Made by a program: the position numbers and the translations under genes. Below the pieces are notes generated by a model that saw only the letters and a program-made list of their open reading frames with translations, was not told the origin of the DNA and searched no databases. This document shows positions 40,414-49,904 of a stretch of 64,000 nt of DNA, piece by piece. Where the stretch lies: the sequence record MF360958.1; one strand, written 5' to 3'. Numbering within the stretch: position 1 is the stretch's first letter; each line of letters opens with the position of its first letter.

Positions 40414-41715
40414 TTATGGTGTATATTCTTTTAGATTTCCTGATTCGTTCAATTCATATTCAGTAGCTTTTTCATTCCATGTTTCTTTACTTTGTGCATA
40501 TTGTTCTAGTTGTTTTAGAAATTCTTTTGCTGTATCCCACTTTTGCATACCTACGGCTCTTGCAGCATAAATAGCAAGCCAGTGAACTTCATTATAAGGT
40601 ACTAATCTGTCATATTGTCTGGCGTAAGTAAGCAAGCCTTTGTTTATTTCTTCTCTATATTCTTCAAAGTCTTTTTCAAACCATTCCGCGTTATTTTTTA
40701 ACTCTTGGTCTATTCTTTTTAAAAATTTATCTGTGTTTTCAATATATTCTAATACTTTATTCAATTTTTCTTTAACAGCTTCATAACCGTCTTTATCAGA
40801 ACCGTATTTCATTTGATGGGTCATACGATGAATAAGATCTCCTGTATGTTCAATAACAACATTCAAAACACCCCCACCTATAAGATGTTGTAGCCTAACC
40901 ATAACAGTTTCGGGCTTGCCTCTTTGTTCTTCGCCAATTATAGAAAATTCTTCTCGAACAAACTTTGGCATTTCATCATTGGAATCATTATCATCTTCGT
41001 TAATATTTTCTTTATCTCTAAGCAATTCATCGACATGATATAAGAAACGTTTCATAAATCGTTTCCAAACACGTTGATCTCTTACATCAGAACTTTTAAA
41101 GAATTGATCAAAATAATCAGTAAAGGTTGGACTCATTTTTGAATTACCTAATTTACGAATAAGTTCATCACTTTTAAGATATTTTTCCAACTTATCAGGA
41201 TCAACATTTTTATCTCGTAATTGTTGAGCCGCATTAATTGCATACGCTTCAATTTCTTTTTTCTGCGATAAGTATTCTTTCCAAGATTTTTCATGTTGGA
41301 AATCTTTTCTTCGAACTGTCGATACAGAGTCTTTATAATTAGCTCTTAATGTTTGAATAACATGAACCATCTCATGAACAATCATTTGTCGTAATTCGAA
41401 TAAAAAGTTATCTATATCATTATTCATTTTTTCTTTATTAAAAAGAAAATTAGCGGTCAATAATATAGCTTCTTCTTTTTTATTATCAACACTAACTGAA
41501 ATATCAGCATAGTTAGGTTTTGTATGAGAACGTACTGATACTTCAGTAGGAATTTCTATATCATAATCATTGAGTATATCTTTAAGAGCACGTTTCACAA
41601 CAGTGGTAAAATTTTTCACATCATCATTGGTTGCGAGATGTTTTTTAAGAACATCCTGAACATGATCTTCTATTTGTTTCGATGATATAGCTTCGGTGAT
41701 TTGTTTAACTTTCAT
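40414..41715 (-). CDS. two-domain protein with MKVKQITEA leader and zincin-like HExxH domain
   Basis: IVHEMVHVIQ...EIEAYA; internal INEDDNDS linker. Confidence 0.7.
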   Translation of the reverse strand: MKVKQITEAISSKQIEDHVQDVLKKHLATNDDVKNFTTVVKRALKDILNDYDIEIPTEVSVRSHTKPNYADISVSVDNKKEEAILLTANFLFNKEKMNNDIDNFLFELRQMIVHEMVHVIQTLRANYKDSVSTVRRKDFQHEKSWKEYLSQKKEIEAYAINAAQQLRDKNVDPDKLEKYLKSDELIRKLGNSKMSPTFTDYFDQFFKSSDVRDQRVWKRFMKRFLYHVDELLRDKENINEDDNDSNDEMPKFVREEFSIIGEEQRGKPETVMVRLQHLIGGGVLNVVIEHTGDLIHRMTHQMKYGSDKDGYEAVKEKLNKVLEYIENTDKFLKRIDQELKNNAEWFEKDFEEYREEINKGLLTYARQYDRLVPYNEVHWLAIYAARAVGMQKWDTAKEFLKQLEQYAQSKETWNEKATEYELNESGNLKEYTP

Positions 41716-41731
41716 ATTCGTTTCCCGTTAG

Positions 41732-42463
41732 TTATTTATATAATTCCTTTACTTTTTCAGTGGGATTATCAATAGAATCAATACGATCAGGTTCATCTTT
41801 TAAAATTTCTATTTGGATATCTTCAGGTGTATTATCCAAATCCATTGCATGGTATAAAAAATCTTCATATTTGAGATATAACCTATCTAACATATTTTCA
41901 TCGATATTAAATTTATCTTTAATTATTTCCAATTGTTCATCTTCTAATTCTTCATCATATTCATTAACATATTCAATTTCTTCTGTACTATCAAAAGTTG
42001 GATATTTTATAGCAATTTTTTCATCACTTATTTTAGATAATACATAAAATAAAACAGTTTGGAATTGATAAAAATATTGATTAAACTTATTATCTTCATA
42101 ACCAGAAGTACACCATTTAGTATTTTTTCCGTAGTAACAACTAGCATCTTTAGTCAGAGGAATAACTATCATTTTCTCATCATCTTCATGAGCAATAATG
42201 GAATCGCTTTTTTTACCTTTTTTTACTTGAGATTTACTTTTCTCTTGCGATTTACTATCCACAAATTCTTTAAATGAATTCCAGCCCTGCTTTATCCAAT
42301 ACCCTATATCTTTTTCCTGCCCTGATACAGTACCTTTTTTAGCTAGTTGCTTAAAGATATCAAGGTATTGCTTTACTTCTTCATCAGAAGCTTCCTGAGC
42401 AAATTTTGCTTGTGCATCTTTATAGGATTCAAATAAATATTGTGTGATGTGTTTAACTTTCAT
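41732..42463 (-). CDS. MKVKHITQYLFES-family protein (shortest; 1 repeat plus cap)
   Basis: shared N-module; ends IDNPTEKVKELYK. Confidence 0.9.
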   Translation of the reverse strand: MKVKHITQYLFESYKDAQAKFAQEASDEEVKQYLDIFKQLAKKGTVSGQEKDIGYWIKQGWNSFKEFVDSKSQEKSKSQVKKGKKSDSIIAHEDDEKMIVIPLTKDASCYYGKNTKWCTSGYEDNKFNQYFYQFQTVLFYVLSKISDEKIAIKYPTFDSTEEIEYVNEYDEELEDEQLEIIKDKFNIDENMLDRLYLKYEDFLYHAMDLDNTPEDIQIEILKDEPDRIDSIDNPTEKVKELYK

Positions 42464-42465
42464 TG

Positions 42466-42780
42466 TTATGACCTATCTTTCCAAATTAAATAGTGAAGTT
42501 CTTCATAAGGATCGTTTGATTTTTCAGAATCTATAACAACGTCACCATTTACTACTACAGCCCAATTTCCGTCTGTATGTAAAAATAATTTTGCATGTTG
42601 TTCTCGAACTGTTTGAAACATAAGTACTTCTACATCTTCATTACTTACATGATTGTAATTTTTAATAGCATTTTGATGCTCAAACTCTCGGAATATTTTT
42701 TCTAAAGTATTTTTTTGTACATCACCACTGTTAGCATTTTCTATAAGATCCATAAACTTTCTTATTGAATTCATTATCAT
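42466..42780 (-). CDS. small protein with IRKFMDLIENA leader
   Basis: GGAG RBS; leader similar to 55848..56126. Confidence 0.7.
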   Translation of the reverse strand: MIMNSIRKFMDLIENANSGDVQKNTLEKIFREFEHQNAIKNYNHVSNEDVEVLMFQTVREQHAKLFLHTDGNWAVVVNGDVVIDSEKSNDPYEELHYLIWKDRS

Positions 42781-42834
42781 TCTCCATTATACTGTTATGT
42801 TTACTATTATTTAGAATTTTTATAAAAGATCATA

Positions 42835-42864
42835 TTGACAAAATTATCCTCCAACGGTTATAAT
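42835..42864 (+). promoter_or_regulatory. sigma70-type promoter
   Basis: TTGACA-18 bp-TATAAT upstream of the RNA ligase. Confidence 0.75.
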
Positions 42865-42898
42865 AGACAAAATTATCGTAATATAAGGAATACACATC

Positions 42899-44110
42899 AT
42901 GAACGCACGTGACATGTTTGAACAGGCTAAGAAAGTGGTAGAAAACGAACCGGAAAAATTCTTCATGAACATTCATGAGTATGACGGTGTGCGTTATGCT
43001 ATGTTCGACTATGCTCTAACCATTCCTTCTCACTTCAATACCTCGGCTGCATTTGAATGCCGTGGTTCAGTATTTGAAGTTGATGACAATGATAATTTCG
43101 TGCGTATTGCTTCTCGTCCTTTTGAAAAGTTTCTCAATCTTCATGAATACGATTACCTTCACAATGAAGGTTTGTTCAATGGTGTGAAAGAAAAGTACGG
43201 TGTTGATGTTCAAAGCTCAGATGATATCAAAAAACTTAATGTTGCTTATGCACTCAACAAGGAAGATGGTTCCATCATTTCCACTTTTCTCCATAAAGCT
43301 GAAATGGATCTCAAGTCTAATTCTTCACTGACTTCTGACTACAAGAAAAAAGCTCAGAAGATTTTGGATCGTGAAGAAAATGAACATCAGCGCAAAGTAG
43401 CAGAAGAACTTTGTCATGAAGGTTATACAGTAATCTTTGAATTTGTATCTGACAATATTGATTATCAAATTATTCTTCCGTATAAAGAAGAACGTCTGAT
43501 CACTCTTGCTGTTCGAAACAATGAAACTGGTGAATACCTTTCTCATTATGAAGTCCAAAAACTTTTTGGGAAAGATAACTGCGCTCCTATTATTTCAAAT
43601 TGGGATTGGGATGACGTGCAAAATCTGGAAGACATTGAAGGTTATGTTGTTGTCTTTGAATGCGGTCTTCGTGTCAAGCTTAAAACACTTTGGTATGTTG
43701 AGCGTCACAAAGCGAAAGGCAACATTCTTTCCAGTCGTCGTCACTTTTGGGAACTGTTTGTTAAGGATGAAATTGACGATCTGTTCTTGCTCATTGAACA
43801 TGATGAAAATCTTCGTCAGCGTTTCGATGAACTGCTTGAACTGTGCGAACATGTTTACGAAAAGATCATGCATGATGGCTATGAATTCTATAATGAAAAC
43901 GGTCATCTTGAGAATCGTTACTATTTCCCAAAGGTTAATCAAACCAAGTTTGATTATCATCTTTCTGGTATGGTTGCACAGGAAATGTTCAAGAACAATG
44001 GTGATAAAAGCATTGTGAAAAAGAAGATGGAAGATAAGCTTCTGATTCGCAAGCATATTTCTCGTCTTGGTCTTACTGGTAATGGTTCTGATGAAGACGA
44101 AGATGATTAA
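42899..44110 (+). CDS. rnlA: T4 Rnl1-type RNA ligase
   Basis: CRG..F, SRPFEKFLNLHE, motif I KEDGSII, TVIFEF, EGYVV, RVKLKT.WY. Confidence 0.85.
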   Translation: MNARDMFEQAKKVVENEPEKFFMNIHEYDGVRYAMFDYALTIPSHFNTSAAFECRGSVFEVDDNDNFVRIASRPFEKFLNLHEYDYLHNEGLFNGVKEKYGVDVQSSDDIKKLNVAYALNKEDGSIISTFLHKAEMDLKSNSSLTSDYKKKAQKILDREENEHQRKVAEELCHEGYTVIFEFVSDNIDYQIILPYKEERLITLAVRNNETGEYLSHYEVQKLFGKDNCAPIISNWDWDDVQNLEDIEGYVVVFECGLRVKLKTLWYVERHKAKGNILSSRRHFWELFVKDEIDDLFLLIEHDENLRQRFDELLELCEHVYEKIMHDGYEFYNENGHLENRYYFPKVNQTKFDYHLSGMVAQEMFKNNGDKSIVKKKMEDKLLIRKHISRLGLTGNGSDEDEDD

Positions 44111-44187
44111 AGGTTAGTCATAGGCGTACAGGGATGTAACTTTTTTCATAAATACAGGAACGATTAAGTAATGTTTCTGGTTTTACT

Positions 44188-45024
44188 ATGGCGATAATTA
44201 ATAGCTGGAATAATATCCTCACCGTATCAAAATTAATAGAACATATTTATAATCAAGATATTCATTGTATTGATGAATCTTATATTAAACCTTCCAAATA
44301 CTACAATAATTCAATTGTATTTCACGATGACCAATTTAATTCCAGTATTAAACTTAATTATGATTTTACCAAGCCATTACGGAAAAATTGTATATATGGT
44401 AATTATGATACCGATCAACAACAATACATAGATGATATTGTAAAAGATAACGAAGTTAACTATGCTCACCTTAAACGGGTTATAAACAACAATAAAGACA
44501 AACCCGACAATAAAGTTATATTGTATCATTACAATGTTACTCAATTCATGTCGAAAATGCTAACAAGTCATACTGCTAATCGTGTCGAAAAGAACGAACC
44601 TTATTTCATAAGTGATAATAATTCGATGATTAATTTAAATGAGGATGAAATAGGAGTCGTAATCCATACAGCCCTAAGAGATCGCTATAATAATGTTATT
44701 GGCTGTAATGAAAGCAGATCCATAAAACACTTATACAACGATTTTGATGACGATAAACAGTATGATAATAGAAAAGGTATCATCCATCTTTCAATGGGTG
44801 TTGATAAGTATCAACGCTATCTATTAGCGACTGTGAAGATTAAAAATCTTCATAGTCTTATGAAATATATCAAACTTTATGGTTTAAATGTGAATGGGTA
44901 TCTATTGTATACTTATAATTTTGAAAAACTCATTATGAATCATTATCATCAACATAATTTCCTTCAGCTTTTCAATTTCTTCCCCCAACTTGATATGTTT
45001 CTAAGGTTGTGTCGTATGAACTAA
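44188..45024 (+). CDS. hypothetical protein (278 aa)
   Basis: long ORF; CATAAATA box at 44147-44154. Confidence 0.7.
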   Translation: MAIINSWNNILTVSKLIEHIYNQDIHCIDESYIKPSKYYNNSIVFHDDQFNSSIKLNYDFTKPLRKNCIYGNYDTDQQQYIDDIVKDNEVNYAHLKRVINNNKDKPDNKVILYHYNVTQFMSKMLTSHTANRVEKNEPYFISDNNSMINLNEDEIGVVIHTALRDRYNNVIGCNESRSIKHLYNDFDDDKQYDNRKGIIHLSMGVDKYQRYLLATVKIKNLHSLMKYIKLYGLNVNGYLLYTYNFEKLIMNHYHQHNFLQLFNFFPQLDMFLRLCRMN

Positions 45025-46061
45025 TTATGTATAATGATCCAATAACAAATATTGGTTCTATTATGCTTACAATATACGATTTTTTTGAAAAATTCCGAAC
45101 CGACCAAATAAGATTGCTATCAGAGTGTCACGAATTTAATGTTATTCAACTTTACGCAATGTACGATAATCTTTTTAAAGTACTAAGTGATTTGACGGCA
45201 GTTGGCATTCCTAACAATGTTAGTACTGATGATCCAGAACTTTTTAGTGATGGGCCCATGTGTTCAAAAGAATTTGGTATATATTTACAGAACAAAATAG
45301 ATGAAATGGATGATGATTGTGTTATCTATTTTGTAAATAACCTGTTCAAGTTTGACTTAGATGGCGAACCGTATGCGGTCAATGACAGTAAACGTTCAAA
45401 TAATCTATCACACGTGGACTCATTGAAACCGTTAATCGATGATGAAAAAAGCTCTTTTTGGATGAAATCTTGGCTTCAAACAGAATTTATGAATACTAAA
45501 TATGTCCACGAACAATATATAGATTTTATAAAATGCGCCGATATCAGTGAAAGTTTAATCGATAGATTCACAAATGATTTTTCTGTCACAATGATTATCC
45601 CAATTGATCATTTACATGATAATCCCAAAGAGCTTTTCGAATTATTATCAAAAAAGAATACTGAATTAAGAATAACGTATTGCACATTAGATTATGAATT
45701 TAAAAATAGAACTAGTATCTTTAGAGATTTTTCATGTGAAAGATTTTATAATAATGATCATTATAAAACCTATAAAACATTAGAAAATATCAAATATTAC
45801 GAAATGATTGATAATATTGTAAGATGTTATAAATTCGCAAAAGGCTATTACATAGGAAAACATTATATTACTGTGGAGTGTGAATTTGAATCACTACTCG
45901 AAGGTTATTTAAGTAAATTTTGTAATTATTTAAAAGTATTTTCAGATCCTTATCAAGGATACATTTACATGTCAAACTTTCGAATTAATACCATGTATAA
46001 TGATGTTCAGACTCGAAAAAAAGTAATTCAAATGTATGACTGTATAGCGAAACTAAAGTGA
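45009..46061 (+). CDS. hypothetical protein, paralogue of 46068..47033
   Basis: MLTIYDFFEKFRTDQI vs MLTIHDFFSNLRNDQI; shared DD.KSS.W and L.K.CNYLK motifs. Confidence 0.75.
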   Translation: MSYELIMYNDPITNIGSIMLTIYDFFEKFRTDQIRLLSECHEFNVIQLYAMYDNLFKVLSDLTAVGIPNNVSTDDPELFSDGPMCSKEFGIYLQNKIDEMDDDCVIYFVNNLFKFDLDGEPYAVNDSKRSNNLSHVDSLKPLIDDEKSSFWMKSWLQTEFMNTKYVHEQYIDFIKCADISESLIDRFTNDFSVTMIIPIDHLHDNPKELFELLSKKNTELRITYCTLDYEFKNRTSIFRDFSCERFYNNDHYKTYKTLENIKYYEMIDNIVRCYKFAKGYYIGKHYITVECEFESLLEGYLSKFCNYLKVFSDPYQGYIYMSNFRINTMYNDVQTRKKVIQMYDCIAKLK

Positions 46062-46067
46062 GAAATT

Positions 46068-47033
46068 ATGTTAACAATTCATGATTTTTTTAGTAATCTT
46101 AGAAACGATCAAATCATCCCAATAACACAATGTGAAAATAAAGATATTTTTGCATTGTATAGTTTTTTTGAAAATTTTATTGTAACTATATCAGGACATT
46201 CTATAATAGGAATCCCTGATAATATTGATTATGATTTTTTAGGTAACTATGATTATAACGATACCTTGTTGGATTTTTTAGGATATCTAACTGATAAAGT
46301 TAAAGAAATGGAACCTGATAATAAAATTTATTATATTGATTGTACTGACATTGATGTTAAAAAAGATGAATATGGTTTTGTTCAAGAATGGTACTTTATT
46401 TATTCGGGCAATGACCATAATACAAAAAATACATTATCATCATTATACACAATTATTAATTTACGCGATGATAAAAAAAGTTCTTATTGGTATAATCAAC
46501 CGCCTTATGTAAGGTATGTAGATTACACAAATAGTGTTAACAGTAAGACTCTTAATAGAGTAAAAGAACTATTAACAACAATTGTTATTCCGATTTATGA
46601 TCAATCACAATCATTAGAATTAGCTCAGTTTTTTACGAAACTCAAACCAGAATTAAAAGTTCGTGTATATTACGATGGCTCACATCATAATTATCCCGAA
46701 AATTTTTCAAGTAAGATAAACGATGTAGAAGTAAATATTACGATGTATGATTATCATATTTCTAACAATATATCCTGCGTTATGTCTGATGTTTTACAAA
46801 TTTATCCCTATATGGATAAAAATTCTTCATCGAAATATTATTTAATGGTCGAAGTTGAATACGATGATCTTATTAATAATTCATTAACAAAATTATGTAA
46901 TTATCTTAAAATGACTAATTATTGGGGATCAACATATTTATTGATGAACGATTTTAATATTTCAACATTAATATCGAATAAGACGCTCAAAGATAGTGTT
47001 GTTAATATGCATGATGTAATCGCAAACTTATAA
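46068..47033 (+). CDS. hypothetical protein, paralogue of 45009..46061
   Basis: shared motifs with 45009..46061. Confidence 0.75.
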   Translation: MLTIHDFFSNLRNDQIIPITQCENKDIFALYSFFENFIVTISGHSIIGIPDNIDYDFLGNYDYNDTLLDFLGYLTDKVKEMEPDNKIYYIDCTDIDVKKDEYGFVQEWYFIYSGNDHNTKNTLSSLYTIINLRDDKKSSYWYNQPPYVRYVDYTNSVNSKTLNRVKELLTTIVIPIYDQSQSLELAQFFTKLKPELKVRVYYDGSHHNYPENFSSKINDVEVNITMYDYHISNNISCVMSDVLQIYPYMDKNSSSKYYLMVEVEYDDLINNSLTKLCNYLKMTNYWGSTYLLMNDFNISTLISNKTLKDSVVNMHDVIANL

Positions 47034-47045
47034 TAAGGATGTTTT

Positions 47046-47528
47046 ATGACGACTATAATTGTAGATTTAAAACATAATAAAACTGAATTTGGATTTTTTA
47101 AACCATTTGGTTTTCGAAAAACACAGATTAAAACTCATGGTAATGTAAAAATCATTCCTAATGATCATAATAGTGTTTTTGTAGGGGCTGGTTATACGGA
47201 TGTTATCAAACGATTTATACAAAATTATAAGAAAGGTAAACTGTCAAAATTACCCGATTCATGTGTATTATTAATAGAAAATTGCTATCCAACATTTAAA
47301 CTCAAGGCATTTGAAGGTAAAAACTGCGACAGAGTTAAAATACATGATGAAACCAGACACATTATTATAGGAAGTGGTTCACATTATGCATCAGGATATA
47401 TGGACGGATGTGATCCAGAAGATGAACATCGAGCCTATAAAGCAATACAAACTGCGTCAAAATTTGATTTTTATACTAATAATTATATAATAGTTTATTC
47501 ATTTCCAAATTATAATGACATATGTTAA
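47046..47528 (+). CDS. HslV/proteasome-beta-like Ntn-hydrolase peptidase
   Basis: N-terminal MTTI (Thr1 nucleophile); IGSGSHYA; A...A..FD.YT pattern; AAGGA RBS. Confidence 0.7.
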   Translation: MTTIIVDLKHNKTEFGFFKPFGFRKTQIKTHGNVKIIPNDHNSVFVGAGYTDVIKRFIQNYKKGKLSKLPDSCVLLIENCYPTFKLKAFEGKNCDRVKIHDETRHIIIGSGSHYASGYMDGCDPEDEHRAYKAIQTASKFDFYTNNYIIVYSFPNYNDIC

Positions 47529-47662
47529 TAATTATATTTAGAAACAATAATATTAATTAAAAGGAGAATTATGATTATATCTGAAGTTTATAAAAAAATG
47601 TAGCTATTGATGATAATAATCAAATAGTAGCAGATATTGTTGTGTATAATCTAAAGGGTGAT

Positions 47663-47821
47663 ATGAAAGAATATCACCTGAGTATCTACTCAATCAATGA
47701 AAATAAACGTATTGAGAGTATTAATCTTATAAAAGTTCATAAAATTGATATTGTTGATTATAATAATCTTATTGCTAAAGCTAAATATCGATTTAATGAA
47801 TGGGTTGATGAGCAGAATTAA
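47663..47821 (+). CDS. 52-aa hypothetical protein (below the track threshold)
   Basis: AAGGGTG RBS; ATG 47663 to TAA 47821; extended -10 TGTGTATAAT at 47641-47650. Confidence 0.55.
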   Translation: MKEYHLSIYSINENKRIESINLIKVHKIDIVDYNNLIAKAKYRFNEWVDEQN

Positions 47822-48798
47822 ATCAATCCACGTTTATTAATTTCATTCCAAAAATACTTAACTGCTTTTTTCCATTTTTCATTATCAGAGTTTTTCAAAC
47901 TCATAAAAAAACTTCTAGGTAATTTAACAGTTCTAAAATTGGTTAATGTATTATCAATACCTTTTAAGTTTTCCCCGCTATATTCTGATAATGTTTGAAG
48001 GGTATTCGTTTGCCCTACAATATAATTGAATATATTTCGTTTGTATTGTTTATCAATATATTGTTGTGATTCATCACTCATACTATTAAAAAACTTTTCA
48101 AAATCTCTTACGGCACTTAAAATCTGTGGGCTGTATTCTACTTCACTTCCAAAATATTCATCATAGTTTTCTTTTGAACCATGTTCGTGTTTATAATCGG
48201 GTTTCTCAACTTGTTTTTCAGACTTTTGTTTTAGATAATTATGTTGAATATAATGGGCCAATTCGTGTTCAATTGTTGACTTTGAATCTTTGATGAAATC
48301 AGTGAGATGTTTCTTAACAGTTTTATCAAAATCAAAAAGGTCCAATTCTTCAAAAATTTCTTTTTTTGATAAATCATCAGTGGTATACATTTCTTTATAA
48401 GTATCACGAACCATACTTAACGCTTCAATTAATGAATGAAAATTCACAACGACCATATTGTTTTTCTCATCATAAGCACCAGATGCGGTGTTATCTATAT
48501 TCATCAGAGCTAATGTAAGCGTTTCAAAGCCCTCATCGGATTCACTATAGGGGTTCTCTACTTGTTCAACATAAAGATCATATATGAAAGCCTGACTGGG
48601 TTTAAGATCAAGGAATGACTGATCCCCATTAGGAGATATATCATAAGATATTTTATCTTGAAGAAACTCAAGAAACATGGGTGTATTTTTAAACACATCA
48701 TAAACAACTTCATGTGCTTTAAATACAACGATTTCGTATGCTTGATCTTGAGCAGATTGCGGAACAGTAATTACACCTTCGTTGAGAATAACTTTCAT
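47818..48798 (-). CDS. zincin-like (HExxH) protein with MKVILNEG leader
   Basis: TIEHELAHYIQH...YFGSEVEYSPQ; late box GATAAATA at 48824-48831. Confidence 0.7.
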   Translation of the reverse strand: MKVILNEGVITVPQSAQDQAYEIVVFKAHEVVYDVFKNTPMFLEFLQDKISYDISPNGDQSFLDLKPSQAFIYDLYVEQVENPYSESDEGFETLTLALMNIDNTASGAYDEKNNMVVVNFHSLIEALSMVRDTYKEMYTTDDLSKKEIFEELDLFDFDKTVKKHLTDFIKDSKSTIEHELAHYIQHNYLKQKSEKQVEKPDYKHEHGSKENYDEYFGSEVEYSPQILSAVRDFEKFFNSMSDESQQYIDKQYKRNIFNYIVGQTNTLQTLSEYSGENLKGIDNTLTNFRTVKLPRSFFMSLKNSDNEKWKKAVKYFWNEINKRGLI

Positions 48799-48852
48799 TT
48801 TTTATATCCTTATCTTTTAAGGATATTTATCAGAATTTACTTTCCTATATTA

Positions 48853-49368
48853 TTAGAGCCCAATGTTAACTTCATACGGTTCGCCTCTTATGAGTTTCAT
48901 TCTATTGATTTCTTTTCTAAGATAATCAGATCTCTTAAAATAGTTCAGAACCCTTAAATAAAATAATTTATCCCAAGCTTTATGCAAAGCCAGCAATATA
49001 ATATCATCATCTGGGTCGCTAATATTAAAAAGACAATTCGGATTTTTATTAACTACTAAATATTGTAGTGTGTGACTTGGATTTTTAATATACTGAATCA
49101 AGTATGGGGAAACTGAAAGTATGGTTTTTATTCTCATATCGTCTAGTTTATAGTAATATTTAAAATTATTGGGATATACTCTTAAATAATTAATTATTAA
49201 AACTATTGATATATAACACATACATTGTGCCGGTATAAACCTAAAGATATTATTTTTAAATCTATTAAATCTATAAGATAAATTATTTGGTGATATTATT
49301 TTCCTCATTAATAAACTAATCTTTAAAGCATATTTGTAGCTAATTCTATCAATATAATTATTTTTCAT
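48853..49368 (-). CDS. INKxKLxxGP-family repeat protein
   Basis: IQYIKNPSHTLQYLVV; KAWDKLFY...KEINRMKLIRGEP. Confidence 0.75.
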   Translation of the reverse strand: MKNNYIDRISYKYALKISLLMRKIISPNNLSYRFNRFKNNIFRFIPAQCMCYISIVLIINYLRVYPNNFKYYYKLDDMRIKTILSVSPYLIQYIKNPSHTLQYLVVNKNPNCLFNISDPDDDIILLALHKAWDKLFYLRVLNYFKRSDYLRKEINRMKLIRGEPYEVNIGL

Positions 49369-49904
49369 ATATTATTCATTAATTGTTTAAATATTCTATC
49401 GTTTTGTTCATGTTTACTAAGTTCTCTTGGAGGACCATATTTTAATTTTAGTTTATTGATTTCACGTATAGTACTTTGTTCAAGAGTTAATTGTCTTTGT
49501 ATTCTATTGAAAAATTGCATATCCCATGATTCTTTTAAAGCTTTTAGAATAATATTTTGAGTTGGATTTTCTATATCAAACAATAAATCAGGGGACAATC
49601 TTATAGCATAATCTTGTGTATTTTCTGAAGGATTATGAATGTGACGTATATCTTTCGGACAATATAATACACAGGTTTGTTTTAATTGTTCCGTGAACTT
49701 ATAACTGTATTTGAAACAATCGAGATTGTGCCTAATATAATGATGAAGACAACTATTATCAATATATTCCATAGACTCTTTCGGAATATATTTCATAAGG
49801 TCTTTCTTTCCATTATATTTTATGTGAAAGACATATTTCTTTATACGCCTTTCATAATACATAGCTATTAATTTATAAAATATAGTAAACATATAATCAC
49901 CCAA
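49365..49904 (-). CDS. INKxKLxxGP-family repeat protein
   Basis: IRHIHNPSENTQDYAI; ESWDMQFFN...REINKLKLKYGP. Confidence 0.75.
   Translation of the reverse strand: MGDYMFTIFYKLIAMYYERRIKKYVFHIKYNGKKDLMKYIPKESMEYIDNSCLHHYIRHNLDCFKYSYKFTEQLKQTCVLYCPKDIRHIHNPSENTQDYAIRLSPDLLFDIENPTQNIILKALKESWDMQFFNRIQRQLTLEQSTIREINKLKLKYGPPRELSKHEQNDRIFKQLMNNI

Noticed and set aside
29525-42463. Diversity-generating retroelement behind the paralogue family
   Set aside because: No reverse transcriptase in the window, and no TR/VR pair with adenine-specific mismatches was seen; the variation is in repeat number and domain swaps.
44121-44146. TACA-GGGA-TGTA hairpin plus T-run after the RNA ligase as a terminator
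   Set aside because: The stem is only 4 bp, too weak to call.
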